This document shows, one piece after another, positions 25,630 to 34,448 of a stretch of 37,704 nucleotides of DNA. Each line of letters begins with the position of its first letter. The first letter of the stretch is position 1. The position numbers and the translations under genes were made by a program. Below the pieces are notes generated by a model. The model worked only from the letters and a program-made list of their open reading frames with translations, was not told the DNA's origin and did no database searches. The stretch is from the IMG/VR virus record IMGVR_UViG_3300005611_000081, positions 1 through 37,704 of that record; one strand, 5' to 3'. The stretch is from a virus (lineage: Duplodnaviria; Caudoviricetes).

Positions 25630-25830
25630 CTAAATTTTCCCCGCCAATTTCAAAGCAGCTTTGTGATATTTAACCAAGCTTGCTTTTTCTGCATCTGTGA
25701 AGCTGGTCATGTCATATTTAAAATTATTGAATTTACCCTTTGCAAATCCAAGATGATTTTCAATTGCGTTCAACTTAAAGCCGTTCGCTTTGAGTTCTGC
25801 AATAATATTTTTAATTTCGGCGTTGTCCAT
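25630..25830 (-). CDS. Putative small HTH-like DNA-binding protein
   Basis: 66 aa; GFKLNAIENHLGFAKGKFNNF resembles an HTH. RBS GAGGA. Confidence 0.55.
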   Translation of the reverse strand: MDNAEIKNIIAELKANGFKLNAIENHLGFAKGKFNNFKYDMTSFTDAEKASLVKYHKAALKLAGKI

Positions 25831-25845
25831 TTTTAATCCTCTGTG

Positions 25846-25886
25846 GTTAGTTGTTTTATATTAAGTCTTTTTTTGTTGTTTTGCAA
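25846..25886 (-). promoter_or_regulatory. Candidate early promoter
   Basis: TTGCAA-17-TAATAT followed by CAACTAA. Confidence 0.5.
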
Positions 25887-25904
25887 TTTAATAATCCGCG
25901 TTTA

Positions 25905-26195
25905 AGGCTTGTCCCCAAAGTCCCGAAAGTCCTAAGTTTTTTAACGTTCTTTTATATATGTGAAAAATATGTATAAAAAAGCGTAAATATAAATAAATTT
26001 ACTATCACATTATGAATATATACATTTATTTAGGGACATGGGGACATATATAAATAAAGATATGAAAATTAAAGGTTTTTCCGTGTCTCTATGTTGTATT
26101 TAACATAGAGACACTTTAAGACAAAACATTAAACCGTGGGACAAGATAAGTATAAAATCTTCAATGTCTCACGGTTTTTAAAAATGTCCCGAGGT
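25905..26195. other. Putative replication origin (GGGACA/GAGACA iterons, AT-rich core, inverted repeats)
   Basis: Non-coding and directly downstream of the primase-helicase. GTCC(C) x3 at 25910-25934, AT-rich 25935-26030, GGGACAT x2 at 26033-26047, a perfect 13-bp IR at 26083-26114, and a 12/13 IR at 26131-26177. Confidence 0.65.
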
Positions 26196-26203
26196 GGTTA
26201 AGA

Positions 26204-28495
26204 TCAGAACGGGACGAAATCTACAATTACATTTTTAAAATCGATAGCGTTTTTACTGTCATCTTTGCAGTAAATCGACTGGTTTTTTCTAATTTCACCG
26301 TTCGTTTTATATCTACCTATATTGTGATACCCCATTTCTAAAAGTATATTTTTAAGCCTAGAAGTCTTAGGAAACTTGTCATAATCACCTTCAAAATTAT
26401 CAACAACTAGCTTAGAAAGCTTAGTTACATTCAATACAAAGTCGTTAATATCTTCACATTGAAACTCGCTTATAGCATCTTCAACGATTAAGAAATCATC
26501 GCCTTTTGACATATCTATCATGGTTTGTTTTGCCCTGGTATCTGGCGCTCGATTCAACTTTAAAAAGCTATCGGGTATTTTATGACATAACAACCAGTCT
26601 AAAATTTCACCGGCATTTGTACGCATTGAGTCGTACAAATCTTGATAATAATTAGGGTTGTTTTTCATCCAGTTTGATAATTTTTCTTTAGATTGCCATT
26701 GGCTAAACAAAACGCAATAACGTCTATCTGTATCATCAATAGGCAGTGCGTCTTTAAAGTTCGTCAGCGCAAAGTAGTTAGTCGTGTTAATACATTCATA
26801 AATGTCCTGGCGCATTCTACGAACGCTAACGGTAGGATTTGATATGTAAGGCTTCATCTTATTAGCCGTTTCATACTTTCGTTTATTGTCGATCTTCATT
26901 TCTTCAATAAACAGCATGATATTACCTTCGGCCCAAGGTGAGTATTTTTCATCTAAGCATTCCGCAGATATCGAACGACAATTTGAAAAACCTAGAACGT
27001 GTTTCATCATCTCGGCGAAAAAGCTTTTACCATCCCCCTGCACCCCTTGTAAAATCATAGCCCAATAAATCTTCTTGCCTGGGAACTGAACATTATGCGC
27101 CAGATAATTAATAACTAGCTGTTGTTCTTCTGGATCAGGTAATAAATGTGCGATATGCCCTATTACTCTATCGACAATATCGGTAGCACCGTTGACGACT
27201 CTATTTAAAAGAGTTGGTACATAAGTATTGAAATAATCAACACCTTCGTAAGTAAAAACATCATCAAATAAAGGCGCATACATCCCACCAAATACACATT
27301 TTATTTTGTCGTTTACATAAGCCGTTGCACTTTGTGGGTTCCCTTCATTATCTGCTGGCGTATCTCTATTATGTGCAACATCAAATGCACGCGGCCCCAT
27401 TTCCTTTTTAGTTTCACGATGCATATAGTTAGCTGTTGACGTTAAAAAGATATAATCATCGTAAAAATCAGCGCCTTCTTTTTTAGACCTTGCCCCCTTA
27501 ATAATCTTTTTCACTTGTGCTTCTGTGAGTTTTTCGCCGTAAATCTCACTAAACTTTTTAATTAAAGATTTAACTATAATGGTCGTCCCCAACGTTCCTA
27601 TCTTTTCCCGCGCAAGTTCTTTCAATACTGTTTTTAATTCTTTCTTTTCTTCACACGCCAAAACTTTGTTTTTTAATATTTCCAACTTATCGTCAGAAAC
27701 AACGTCTTGACCGCCGACCATATCTATCACAGTTGCAAAAGTAATCGGGTTGGCTTTTTTAGATCGGGCGCAAGAATCCCAACGCGCCTTGTTTTTAAGT
27801 TCGTCATACTTATCTAAAGCGAGTCGGCTAAATTCATCAAACAGCATCCATCCCCATTTTGCCCCACTGCTTTGATGCCATAGCGCAAACATTACTTTCA
27901 ACCATTGATCACTACTTCTCGCGTGATCTTCGGTAAGCTTCGACATATACGAGGCTACTTGATCTTGATCAAGGTCAAGCGGTTGGGAAACGACCAGGTC
28001 TAAGAAATCATCTTCTTCAACGTTCGCAATTTCAAAACCGTCACGCAGCTTTTCGACAGCTTCACCAGGTAACGCAGGGAAGAATCCATCTTCGTGTAGA
28101 GCTTCAACCACACCAATCATAGATAAATCTATATAACCAACACCTGTAGCAATGTACCCCTTACCGCTTGATCTGGTATCAAAACCAACAACGCCCAATA
28201 AATCAGTACCGTTCTTAAAACCTATCCCGCTATCAACGCTAAAAGCGTAATGAATACCGCCATTGCGCGTTCGTTGTAGTTCAGCGCCTTGCCAGTCGAG
28301 CGAACACCCTAGCGCCTTTTCAACGTCACCAACACTTACACCCTTGTAAGTGTCTAGGTCAAAAACAATTACCCCTGATGGGATCTTGACGCCTATTAAA
28401 TCGCTATTGACAGCGCCGTGATATTCTCGCCAATCTGTCCCTTTTGGAACCGCCGGCGCTTTGTTATTGTTTAGCGGAAATATTATTTTATTCAT
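26204..28495 (-). CDS. Primase-helicase (Prim-Pol + PriCT-2 + SF3/DUF5906 NTPase)
   Basis: IVFDLD and RTRNGGIHY (Prim-Pol), QWLKVMFAL...FDEFS (PriCT-2), Walker A GVQGDGKS, Walker B LFIEE, and DTDRRY. Confidence 0.9.
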   Translation of the reverse strand: MNKIIFPLNNNKAPAVPKGTDWREYHGAVNSDLIGVKIPSGVIVFDLDTYKGVSVGDVEKALGCSLDWQGAELQRTRNGGIHYAFSVDSGIGFKNGTDLLGVVGFDTRSSGKGYIATGVGYIDLSMIGVVEALHEDGFFPALPGEAVEKLRDGFEIANVEEDDFLDLVVSQPLDLDQDQVASYMSKLTEDHARSSDQWLKVMFALWHQSSGAKWGWMLFDEFSRLALDKYDELKNKARWDSCARSKKANPITFATVIDMVGGQDVVSDDKLEILKNKVLACEEKKELKTVLKELAREKIGTLGTTIIVKSLIKKFSEIYGEKLTEAQVKKIIKGARSKKEGADFYDDYIFLTSTANYMHRETKKEMGPRAFDVAHNRDTPADNEGNPQSATAYVNDKIKCVFGGMYAPLFDDVFTYEGVDYFNTYVPTLLNRVVNGATDIVDRVIGHIAHLLPDPEEQQLVINYLAHNVQFPGKKIYWAMILQGVQGDGKSFFAEMMKHVLGFSNCRSISAECLDEKYSPWAEGNIMLFIEEMKIDNKRKYETANKMKPYISNPTVSVRRMRQDIYECINTTNYFALTNFKDALPIDDTDRRYCVLFSQWQSKEKLSNWMKNNPNYYQDLYDSMRTNAGEILDWLLCHKIPDSFLKLNRAPDTRAKQTMIDMSKGDDFLIVEDAISEFQCEDINDFVLNVTKLSKLVVDNFEGDYDKFPKTSRLKNILLEMGYHNIGRYKTNGEIRKNQSIYCKDDSKNAIDFKNVIVDFVPF

Positions 28496-28673
28496 GCACC
28501 TTCAACCCCACTATATCCAAAGCTTTAAATTTACCTTCAGTTAGCTTTTCAATTTCTATTGCCCTTGCTGCCGGTAGCCCGTCTTTTAACCACTGGCTTA
28601 CAGCCGACTTATCTACGTTTAACGCATTCGCCAAACCAACCTTATTACCAAAATGCTCTATTATTTTTTCCAC
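28488..28673 (-). CDS. Cro-like (YdaS-type) HTH regulator
   Basis: IIEHFGNKVGLANALNVDKSAVSQW...PAARAIEIEKLTEGK. GTG start with GGAGG RBS. Confidence 0.88.
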   Translation of the reverse strand: MEKIIEHFGNKVGLANALNVDKSAVSQWLKDGLPAARAIEIEKLTEGKFKALDIVGLKVHE

Positions 28674-28676
28674 CTG

Positions 28677-28735
28677 TTGACCTCCGCTTAATTAAATAGT
28701 AAATTGAGTATAGCTAAACAGCTAAAACAAAACAA
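28677..28735. promoter_or_regulatory. Overlapping oppositely oriented promoters
   Basis: Rightward TTGACC(28677-82)-17-TAAATT(28700-05); leftward TTGTTT(28735-30)-17-TATACT(28712-07). Confidence 0.55.
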
Positions 28736-28757
28736 TCAAATAAAAGGAACACGAAAA

Positions 28758-29060
28758 ATGTTAGAAACCGAAATCAAAAACCTTACCGCTCAAATCGAAA
28801 AGCTAAACAGCAACTTTGAAGCGTTGTTTAATAGTGCGAACGGCTCACCAGTCGAACAAGAAAAACAACCAACAAAAGAAGAAACGAAGCCAACGATTAC
28901 CCGTGATTCTTTGCGCGAGTTGTGTATATCAAAAGTGCGCGGCAATTCAACAAACAAAACAAAAGTAAAAGATATTCTGAAAAGTAAAGGCGCGTCCCTC
29001 GTTGACGATTTGAAAGAAGAAGATTTAGAAGAAGTTCAAAAGTTATTAGGTGCGTTGTAA
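28758..29060 (+). CDS. Hypothetical protein typical of DUF2800-DUF2815 replication modules
   Basis: N-terminal coiled coil, linker and small C-terminal helical domain (ILKSKGASLVDDLKEED). ATG at 28758 after AAGGA. Confidence 0.75.
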   Translation: MLETEIKNLTAQIEKLNSNFEALFNSANGSPVEQEKQPTKEETKPTITRDSLRELCISKVRGNSTNKTKVKDILKSKGASLVDDLKEEDLEEVQKLLGAL

Positions 29061-30175
29061 TGACTATTCACGCGAAGTTAAGCGCCAGTGGTTCACATCG
29101 CTGGTTATCGTGTCTCGGTTCCGTCGAGGCTGAAAAGGGTATTAAAGACAGTTCAAGCGCCGCCGCTGATGAGGGTAGCGCCGCGCACGAACTAGCCGAA
29201 ATGGTTTTAGAGAACGGTGGTAACTGTCACGACCACATTGGTAATTTTCTAACTGAAATGAATACACACGTTGTGAGCGACGAAATGGCAGACTATGTTC
29301 AACAGTACGTTGACCGTGTCCGTGCCGCCGGTGGTCTACAAATGTATGAGGTTCGTGTTGATTTTAGCGAATGGGTTCCCGAGGGTTTTGGAACGTCAGA
29401 CGTTATTGTGATCGACGGTGATACGATACACGTTATAGATTTAAAATATGGTAAAGGTGTACCCGTTTACGCTGAAAACAACCCACAGGCCATGCTATAC
29501 GCTCTAGGGGCGTATAGTGACTATTCAATGTTGAACAACTTTAAGAAAGTTAAAATAACAATAGATCAGCCCAGGTTGGACAATGTTAGTGAATGGGAGT
29601 TATCCGTTGACGACCTGTTAAAATGGGGCGCGTGGGTATCTGAGCAAGCGGCGATTATTGCGCAAGGTGACGCACCAAGAACGCCAAGCGAAAAGGCATG
29701 TCAATGGTGTAAAGCCAAGGCTATTTGCCCCTCGTTAAAATCGTACACGGAAAAGATAATACTATCTGAGTTTGACGAGTTAGAGCTATCTAACGCCGAT
29801 ACGCTAAACGACGACCAACTAAGACAAGCGTTAGAGTCCAAAAAGCTTATCGTGTCTTGGTTGGACGCTGTTGAAAGCCTGGTTAAAACGCGGCTTGAAT
29901 CTGGCAAGCCGTTCGCGGGTTTCAAACTTGTGGCGGGTAGATCGTTGCGCAAATGGGGAGACGAGGGAGAAGCCGAAAAAACCTTATTATCTTTAATCGA
30001 CCAAGATTGCTATGAAAAGAAACTTTTAAGCCCGTCAAAAGCTGAAAAGATTCTAGGCAAAACCAAGGCCAAACAAATTCAGGATTTAATCGTAAAACCC
30101 GAAGGCGCGCCGACATTAGCCCCTGAATCAGATAAGCGTAAATCAATTTCTATAAGCGTTGACGACTTCGAATGA
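29060..30175 (+). CDS. DUF2800 family Cas4-like PD-(D/E)xK exonuclease
   Basis: HAKLSASGSHRWLSC, GSAAHEL, GTSD...IDLKYGKG, QAMLYALG and CQWCKAKAIC. Confidence 0.9.
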   Translation: MTIHAKLSASGSHRWLSCLGSVEAEKGIKDSSSAAADEGSAAHELAEMVLENGGNCHDHIGNFLTEMNTHVVSDEMADYVQQYVDRVRAAGGLQMYEVRVDFSEWVPEGFGTSDVIVIDGDTIHVIDLKYGKGVPVYAENNPQAMLYALGAYSDYSMLNNFKKVKITIDQPRLDNVSEWELSVDDLLKWGAWVSEQAAIIAQGDAPRTPSEKACQWCKAKAICPSLKSYTEKIILSEFDELELSNADTLNDDQLRQALESKKLIVSWLDAVESLVKTRLESGKPFAGFKLVAGRSLRKWGDEGEAEKTLLSLIDQDCYEKKLLSPSKAEKILGKTKAKQIQDLIVKPEGAPTLAPESDKRKSISISVDDFE

Positions 30176-30230
30176 GTTAAGCTATACTAAACACATATTC
30201 AACGATGAATATACAATCAAACAGCTAAAA
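30159..30230 (+). promoter_or_regulatory. Candidate promoter/leader of the SSB gene
   Basis: TTGACG-18-TATACT, hairpin ATATTCA-N4-TGAATAT, and AAACAGCTAAAA (also at 28716-28727). Confidence 0.5.
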
Positions 30231-30240
30231 GGTAATTAAA

Positions 30241-30771
30241 ATGTCAAAAATCAAAATGAAAAACGTCCGTCTTTCTTTCCCTTCTTTATTTCAACATGCA
30301 AGCTTTAACGGCGATAGTACTGGAAAGTATGAAGCTACTTTCGTACTTGATAAAGTTGAACACGCTGATGTCATTAAACAAATTCAGGCGCAAGCTAGCG
30401 AGCTAATGAAAACTGAGCTTAAAAGCAAGCTTTCATCCGACCGCATTTGTTTAAAGGACGGCGACGAGTTGGAGCGTGACGAGTTCAAAGGCAAAATGAC
30501 AATTAAGGCCAGCACTAAAAAACGTCCTCTTGTCATTGACCGCGACAAGTCACCGTTGACGGAAGATGATGAAAAGCTTTATGCGGGTTGCTATGTAAAC
30601 GCTATTCTTTCACTATGGGCGCAAAATAACGGCTTTGGTAAAAGAATCAATGCCCAGTTAGACGGCGTACAATTCAATAAAGACGGCGAGCCATTCGCGG
30701 ATAGCGGTATTAGTACCGACGCTTTTGAAGCGTTTGAAGAAGACGAACTAGACGACGATATTGATTTCTAA
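30241..30771 (+). CDS. DUF2815 family single-stranded DNA-binding protein
   Basis: NVRLSFPSLF, CLKDGD, YAGCYVNA, LDGVQFNKDGEPF and an acidic C-terminal tail ending in F. Confidence 0.9.
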   Translation: MSKIKMKNVRLSFPSLFQHASFNGDSTGKYEATFVLDKVEHADVIKQIQAQASELMKTELKSKLSSDRICLKDGDELERDEFKGKMTIKASTKKRPLVIDRDKSPLTEDDEKLYAGCYVNAILSLWAQNNGFGKRINAQLDGVQFNKDGEPFADSGISTDAFEAFEEDELDDDIDF

Positions 30772-30779
30772 ATTCCCCT

Positions 30780-30800
30780 AGCCCCGAAAGGGGCTTTTTT
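30780..30800 (+). terminator. Rho-independent terminator after SSB
   Basis: AGCCCC-GAAA-GGGGCT-TTTTT. Confidence 0.88.
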
Positions 30801-30824
30801 AACATTACTATAAGGCTACTCCTT

Positions 30825-32609
30825 ATGAGCTACGCATACATAGACTGTGAGGTCTATAAAGACTATTTTTTACTCTCCGCTCTTTCTAACACAGACAATA
30901 TTTTAGACTTTGAAATGTACGACGGTAAACCTCTCGAACGTTCTAAAATATCCGGCATGATGTCGCAATATCAAACGATAAGCTTCAATGGCTTAAACTA
31001 CGATCTTTTGATCATACGCGCCGCGTTAATGGGCTACACGAATCAACAGCTTAAAGATTTAAGCGACTCTATTATCAAATCTAACAAACCGTCTTGGTTA
31101 ATAGCTAAAGATTCGGGTATAAGAATACCTAAAGATTGGAATCACGTAGATTTAATTGAACTACCGATAGGCCGCGCCAGTCTTAAAATATACGGTGGTA
31201 GACTTAACGCGCCAAAGCTGCAAGATTTACCTATTAAACCTGACCAAAGCATAACGCCTGAACTACGTGAACCGATGCGGCTTTATTGTCACAACGACTT
31301 ATACACGACCAAACTACTACACAAATCATTAATAAAACAAATTGATCTACGTCAAAAAATGTCAGATCAATATGGAATGGATTTGAGAAGTAAATCAGAT
31401 GCGCAAATAGCCGAAACTGTTATTAAAAGCGAACTCAAGAAAATAACGGGCAAAGATTATCATAAACCTGATGTTTCAAGCGGTTTTAGATTTAGATATC
31501 AAGATCCGAAAATAATTAGTTTTAAAGATAAAAACATGAACGCTATCTTTCAGCGCATATTAAAAGAGCCGTTTGGATTAGGGGGGAATGGCTCGGTCGT
31601 CATGCCCGAATGGTTACGTGATAATATAGAACTATGCGGTAAACCTTATAAAATGGGTATAGGTGGTTTGCATAGTTGCGAAAAGTCCCAATATGTTAAA
31701 CCTGGTAAAGATCAATTACTTTTTGATTTAGACGTTGCCAGTTATTACCCAAACATAATACTACAGCAACACCTTGCACCTAAATCAATGGGCGAACCTT
31801 TCTTAAAAGTTTATAAATCTATTGTTGATAGGCGTATAGCCGCCAAGCGTTCGTGGGACAAAACAACAGCCGACACGCTTAAAATTAGTGTTAATGGTAG
31901 CTTCGGTAAATTAGGCAGTAAATACAGCCCTCTTTACGCTCCTGAATTATTGATACAAACAACAATGACTGGGCAACTAGCTTTATTAATGTTGATCGAA
32001 ATGGTGTCAAGTACTGGCGCGCAAGTAATGAGCGCAAACACGGACGGCATAGTAATACTTTGCGAAAAGTCACAAGAGCGTGATGTTTTAGAAAGGGCTT
32101 TCGATTGGGAGCTAACAACAAGCTACGAGCTAGAACGTACTAACTATAAAGTTTTAGCCTCTCGTGATGTGAATAACTATATCGCTGTCACGCTCGATAG
32201 TAAGAAAAAGGGTAAAGGTTGTTTTGCTAAAAGCGGTCTAGCTAAAAATCCCGATTGTCCGATAGTGTTTGAAGCTGTTAGCGCATTTATAGCGGATACG
32301 TTGCCTCTCGCTGAAACAATTAGAGAATGTAAAGACCTTACAAAGTTTGTTATGTTGCGACGTGTAAACGGCGGGGCTGTGTGGTGCGGCGAAGAGTTGG
32401 GCAAAGCGGTGCGCTACTATCATAGCAACGATGTGACAATAATGAATGAATCAATTAGATACGCTACTAATTCAAACAAAGTGCCAAAATCTTTAGGTTG
32501 TCGCCCTGCTATGGATTTACCCGATACGTTACCGAGCGATATTAATTACGACATTTACATAGAAGCCGCAAAACAGTTATTAAAAGAGGTTGGGTATGTT
32601 GGAGCGTGA
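30825..32609 (+). CDS. DNA polymerase, family B-like, with 3'-5' exonuclease
   Basis: Exo motifs DCE, FNGLNYD and YCHND; polymerase motifs DVASYYPNI (A), KISVNGSFGK (B) and ANTDG (C). Confidence 0.9.
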   Translation: MSYAYIDCEVYKDYFLLSALSNTDNILDFEMYDGKPLERSKISGMMSQYQTISFNGLNYDLLIIRAALMGYTNQQLKDLSDSIIKSNKPSWLIAKDSGIRIPKDWNHVDLIELPIGRASLKIYGGRLNAPKLQDLPIKPDQSITPELREPMRLYCHNDLYTTKLLHKSLIKQIDLRQKMSDQYGMDLRSKSDAQIAETVIKSELKKITGKDYHKPDVSSGFRFRYQDPKIISFKDKNMNAIFQRILKEPFGLGGNGSVVMPEWLRDNIELCGKPYKMGIGGLHSCEKSQYVKPGKDQLLFDLDVASYYPNIILQQHLAPKSMGEPFLKVYKSIVDRRIAAKRSWDKTTADTLKISVNGSFGKLGSKYSPLYAPELLIQTTMTGQLALLMLIEMVSSTGAQVMSANTDGIVILCEKSQERDVLERAFDWELTTSYELERTNYKVLASRDVNNYIAVTLDSKKKGKGCFAKSGLAKNPDCPIVFEAVSAFIADTLPLAETIRECKDLTKFVMLRRVNGGAVWCGEELGKAVRYYHSNDVTIMNESIRYATNSNKVPKSLGCRPAMDLPDTLPSDINYDIYIEAAKQLLKEVGYVGA

Positions 32610-32859
32610 TATTGAAAAAGCCTTATGTGATAGGGTTAAAACGTTGGGCGGCTTATGTGAGAAGTTCACAAGCCCAAACCGCAAAAACGTACCTGATCGC
32701 ATAGTGACGCTAGAAAATAGAATAATTTTTGTAGAATTAAAAGCACCAAACAAAAAACCGACAAAAGCCCAAGAACGGGATCACAACAGACGTATAAAAC
32801 TCGGCTGTGATGTTCGTGTTATTGACAGTGTGGGGGCCGCGAATGCTTTCCCGAATTAA
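32596..32859 (+). CDS. VRR-NUC domain nuclease
   Basis: ERDIEKAL...VPDRIV...FVELKAP..KPT..Q. Confidence 0.9.
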   Translation: MLERDIEKALCDRVKTLGGLCEKFTSPNRKNVPDRIVTLENRIIFVELKAPNKKPTKAQERDHNRRIKLGCDVRVIDSVGAANAFPN

Positions 32860-34183
32860 TTTACACAACTACCAAAACAAAGCTATTGATTTTTTCAAAC
32901 AGGAAAAAAGATGTGCTTTGTTTCTTGACATGGGATTAGGAAAAAGTGTCACCAGTTTAACCGCTATTACTGATTTACTAGACGGTTTTTCTGTCGCTAG
33001 GGTTTTAGTCATTGCCCCACTTCGCGTTGCTAATAGCGTATGGGCGCAAGAGGCTAACGATTGGGAACATTTAAAACATTTAAAAGTGTCAGTTTGTACG
33101 GGTTCCGAACGCGCCAGAATAACAGCGCTACAAACAACAGCCGACATTTACACGATTAACCGCGAGAATGTTAAATGGCTAGTTGATTTTTACGGTAAGA
33201 AATGGCCGTTTGATTGCGTGATTATTGACGAGTCTAGTAGTTTTAAAAACGCTAGTTCTCAACGCTTTAAAGCGTTGAAGAAAGTAGCACCATTAACTAA
33301 TTATATGTTGTTACTGACTGGTACACCTAGCCCAAACGGCTTACTTGATTTGTGGCCGCAACTTTACCTTATTGATTTCGGTCAACGGTTAGGCCGCACG
33401 ATGACCAACTATAAACAACGGTTTTTTGAATCTGACTATATGGGTTATTCGTGGCAACTTAAAACCGGATCCGCTGAAAAGATACAGGGTTTAATATCTG
33501 ATAAATGTTTGAGTATGACCGCTAACGATTACCTTGAATTACCTGAGCGTATAGATATTATTGAAAGTTTAGAATTACCAACTAAGGTTTTAAACAAGTA
33601 TAAAGATTTTGAAAAGGAAATGTTTATAGAGTTTGAAAATCAGGAAGGCGTTGAAGCGTTGAACGCGGCTTCTTTAGCAAACAAGCTTTTACAGTTTGCT
33701 AATGGTTGTATGTACACCGACGAGCTTAAAAATTATGAAGAGTTGCACACGTTAAAACTTGACGCGTTGCAAGAACTAATTGAAGCCAACGAGGGTGAAA
33801 ATATACTTGTAGCATACAACTACAAAAGTGATTTAGAGCGACTACAAAAACGCTTTAAAAATGCTAAGGTTTTAGATAAGAACCAAGAGACTATAGACAC
33901 CTGGAACGCCGGTGGTATTGAATTATTGCTTGCTCATCCTGCAAGTTGTGCACATGGTCTCAATATACAAAGCGGTGGAAATGTTGCCATATGGTTTGGT
34001 CTGAATTGGTCTTTGGAGTTGTATCAACAGTTTAATGCCAGATTACATAGACAGGGACAAGCAAAGCCTGTAAGGGTTGTGCACATTGTTTGCAAAGATA
34101 CTATTGACGAGCGCGTATTGACAGTTTTAAGCGACAAAGACGCTACACAAAGCAGTTTAATACAATCACTAAAGAGAGCGTAA
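32843..34183 (+). CDS. SNF2-family (SF2) helicase
   Basis: LHNYQ, DMGLGKS, IIDESS, LTGTP, HGLNIQ and QFNARLHRQGQ. Confidence 0.93.
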   Translation: MLSRINLHNYQNKAIDFFKQEKRCALFLDMGLGKSVTSLTAITDLLDGFSVARVLVIAPLRVANSVWAQEANDWEHLKHLKVSVCTGSERARITALQTTADIYTINRENVKWLVDFYGKKWPFDCVIIDESSSFKNASSQRFKALKKVAPLTNYMLLLTGTPSPNGLLDLWPQLYLIDFGQRLGRTMTNYKQRFFESDYMGYSWQLKTGSAEKIQGLISDKCLSMTANDYLELPERIDIIESLELPTKVLNKYKDFEKEMFIEFENQEGVEALNAASLANKLLQFANGCMYTDELKNYEELHTLKLDALQELIEANEGENILVAYNYKSDLERLQKRFKNAKVLDKNQETIDTWNAGGIELLLAHPASCAHGLNIQSGGNVAIWFGLNWSLELYQQFNARLHRQGQAKPVRVVHIVCKDTIDERVLTVLSDKDATQSSLIQSLKRA

Positions 34184-34186
34184 ACT

Positions 34187-34363
34187 ATGACCACATGCCC
34201 AACATGCAAAAATAGCCAGATGCAGATGTGTCCTGTGTGTGGTTCGCCGTTGACCATACTTGACAGCCAGAATAAAAAACTATGCGTAGATCACCCGTTG
34301 ACGCATGTGATTGATAATCCGCTAAAGCCAGATCAAAAACCGCTAGTGAGTGCACAGAGATGA
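34187..34363 (+). CDS. Small zinc-ribbon protein, 58 aa
   Basis: Read by hand: MTTCPTCKNSQMQMCPVCGSPL...KLCVDH. Confidence 0.6.
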   Translation: MTTCPTCKNSQMQMCPVCGSPLTILDSQNKKLCVDHPLTHVIDNPLKPDQKPLVSAQR

Positions 34364-34372
34364 ACTATTTTA

Positions 34373-34412
34373 ACAAAAAACTATTTACTTTTAATAATAA
34401 ATAACTAATAAT
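34373..34412 (+). promoter_or_regulatory. Candidate promoter for the ParB/PAPS-reductase operon
   Basis: TTTACT-17-AATAAT, containing AATAAATAACTAAT, a variant of the repeated promoter motif. Confidence 0.5.
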
Positions 34413-34448
34413 CGGTTTCCTAATTTAATAATAAAGGGTGAAGAGAGT

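Noticed and set aside
25905-26195. CRISPR mini-array or transposon ends
   Set aside because: Repeats are only 5-13 bp, irregularly spaced and in both orientations, and there is no transposase. An origin fits better.
29060-30175. CRISPR-associated cas4 or a CRISPR system
   Set aside because: It is a DUF2800 phage nuclease in a replication module. No repeat-spacer array or other cas genes were seen.
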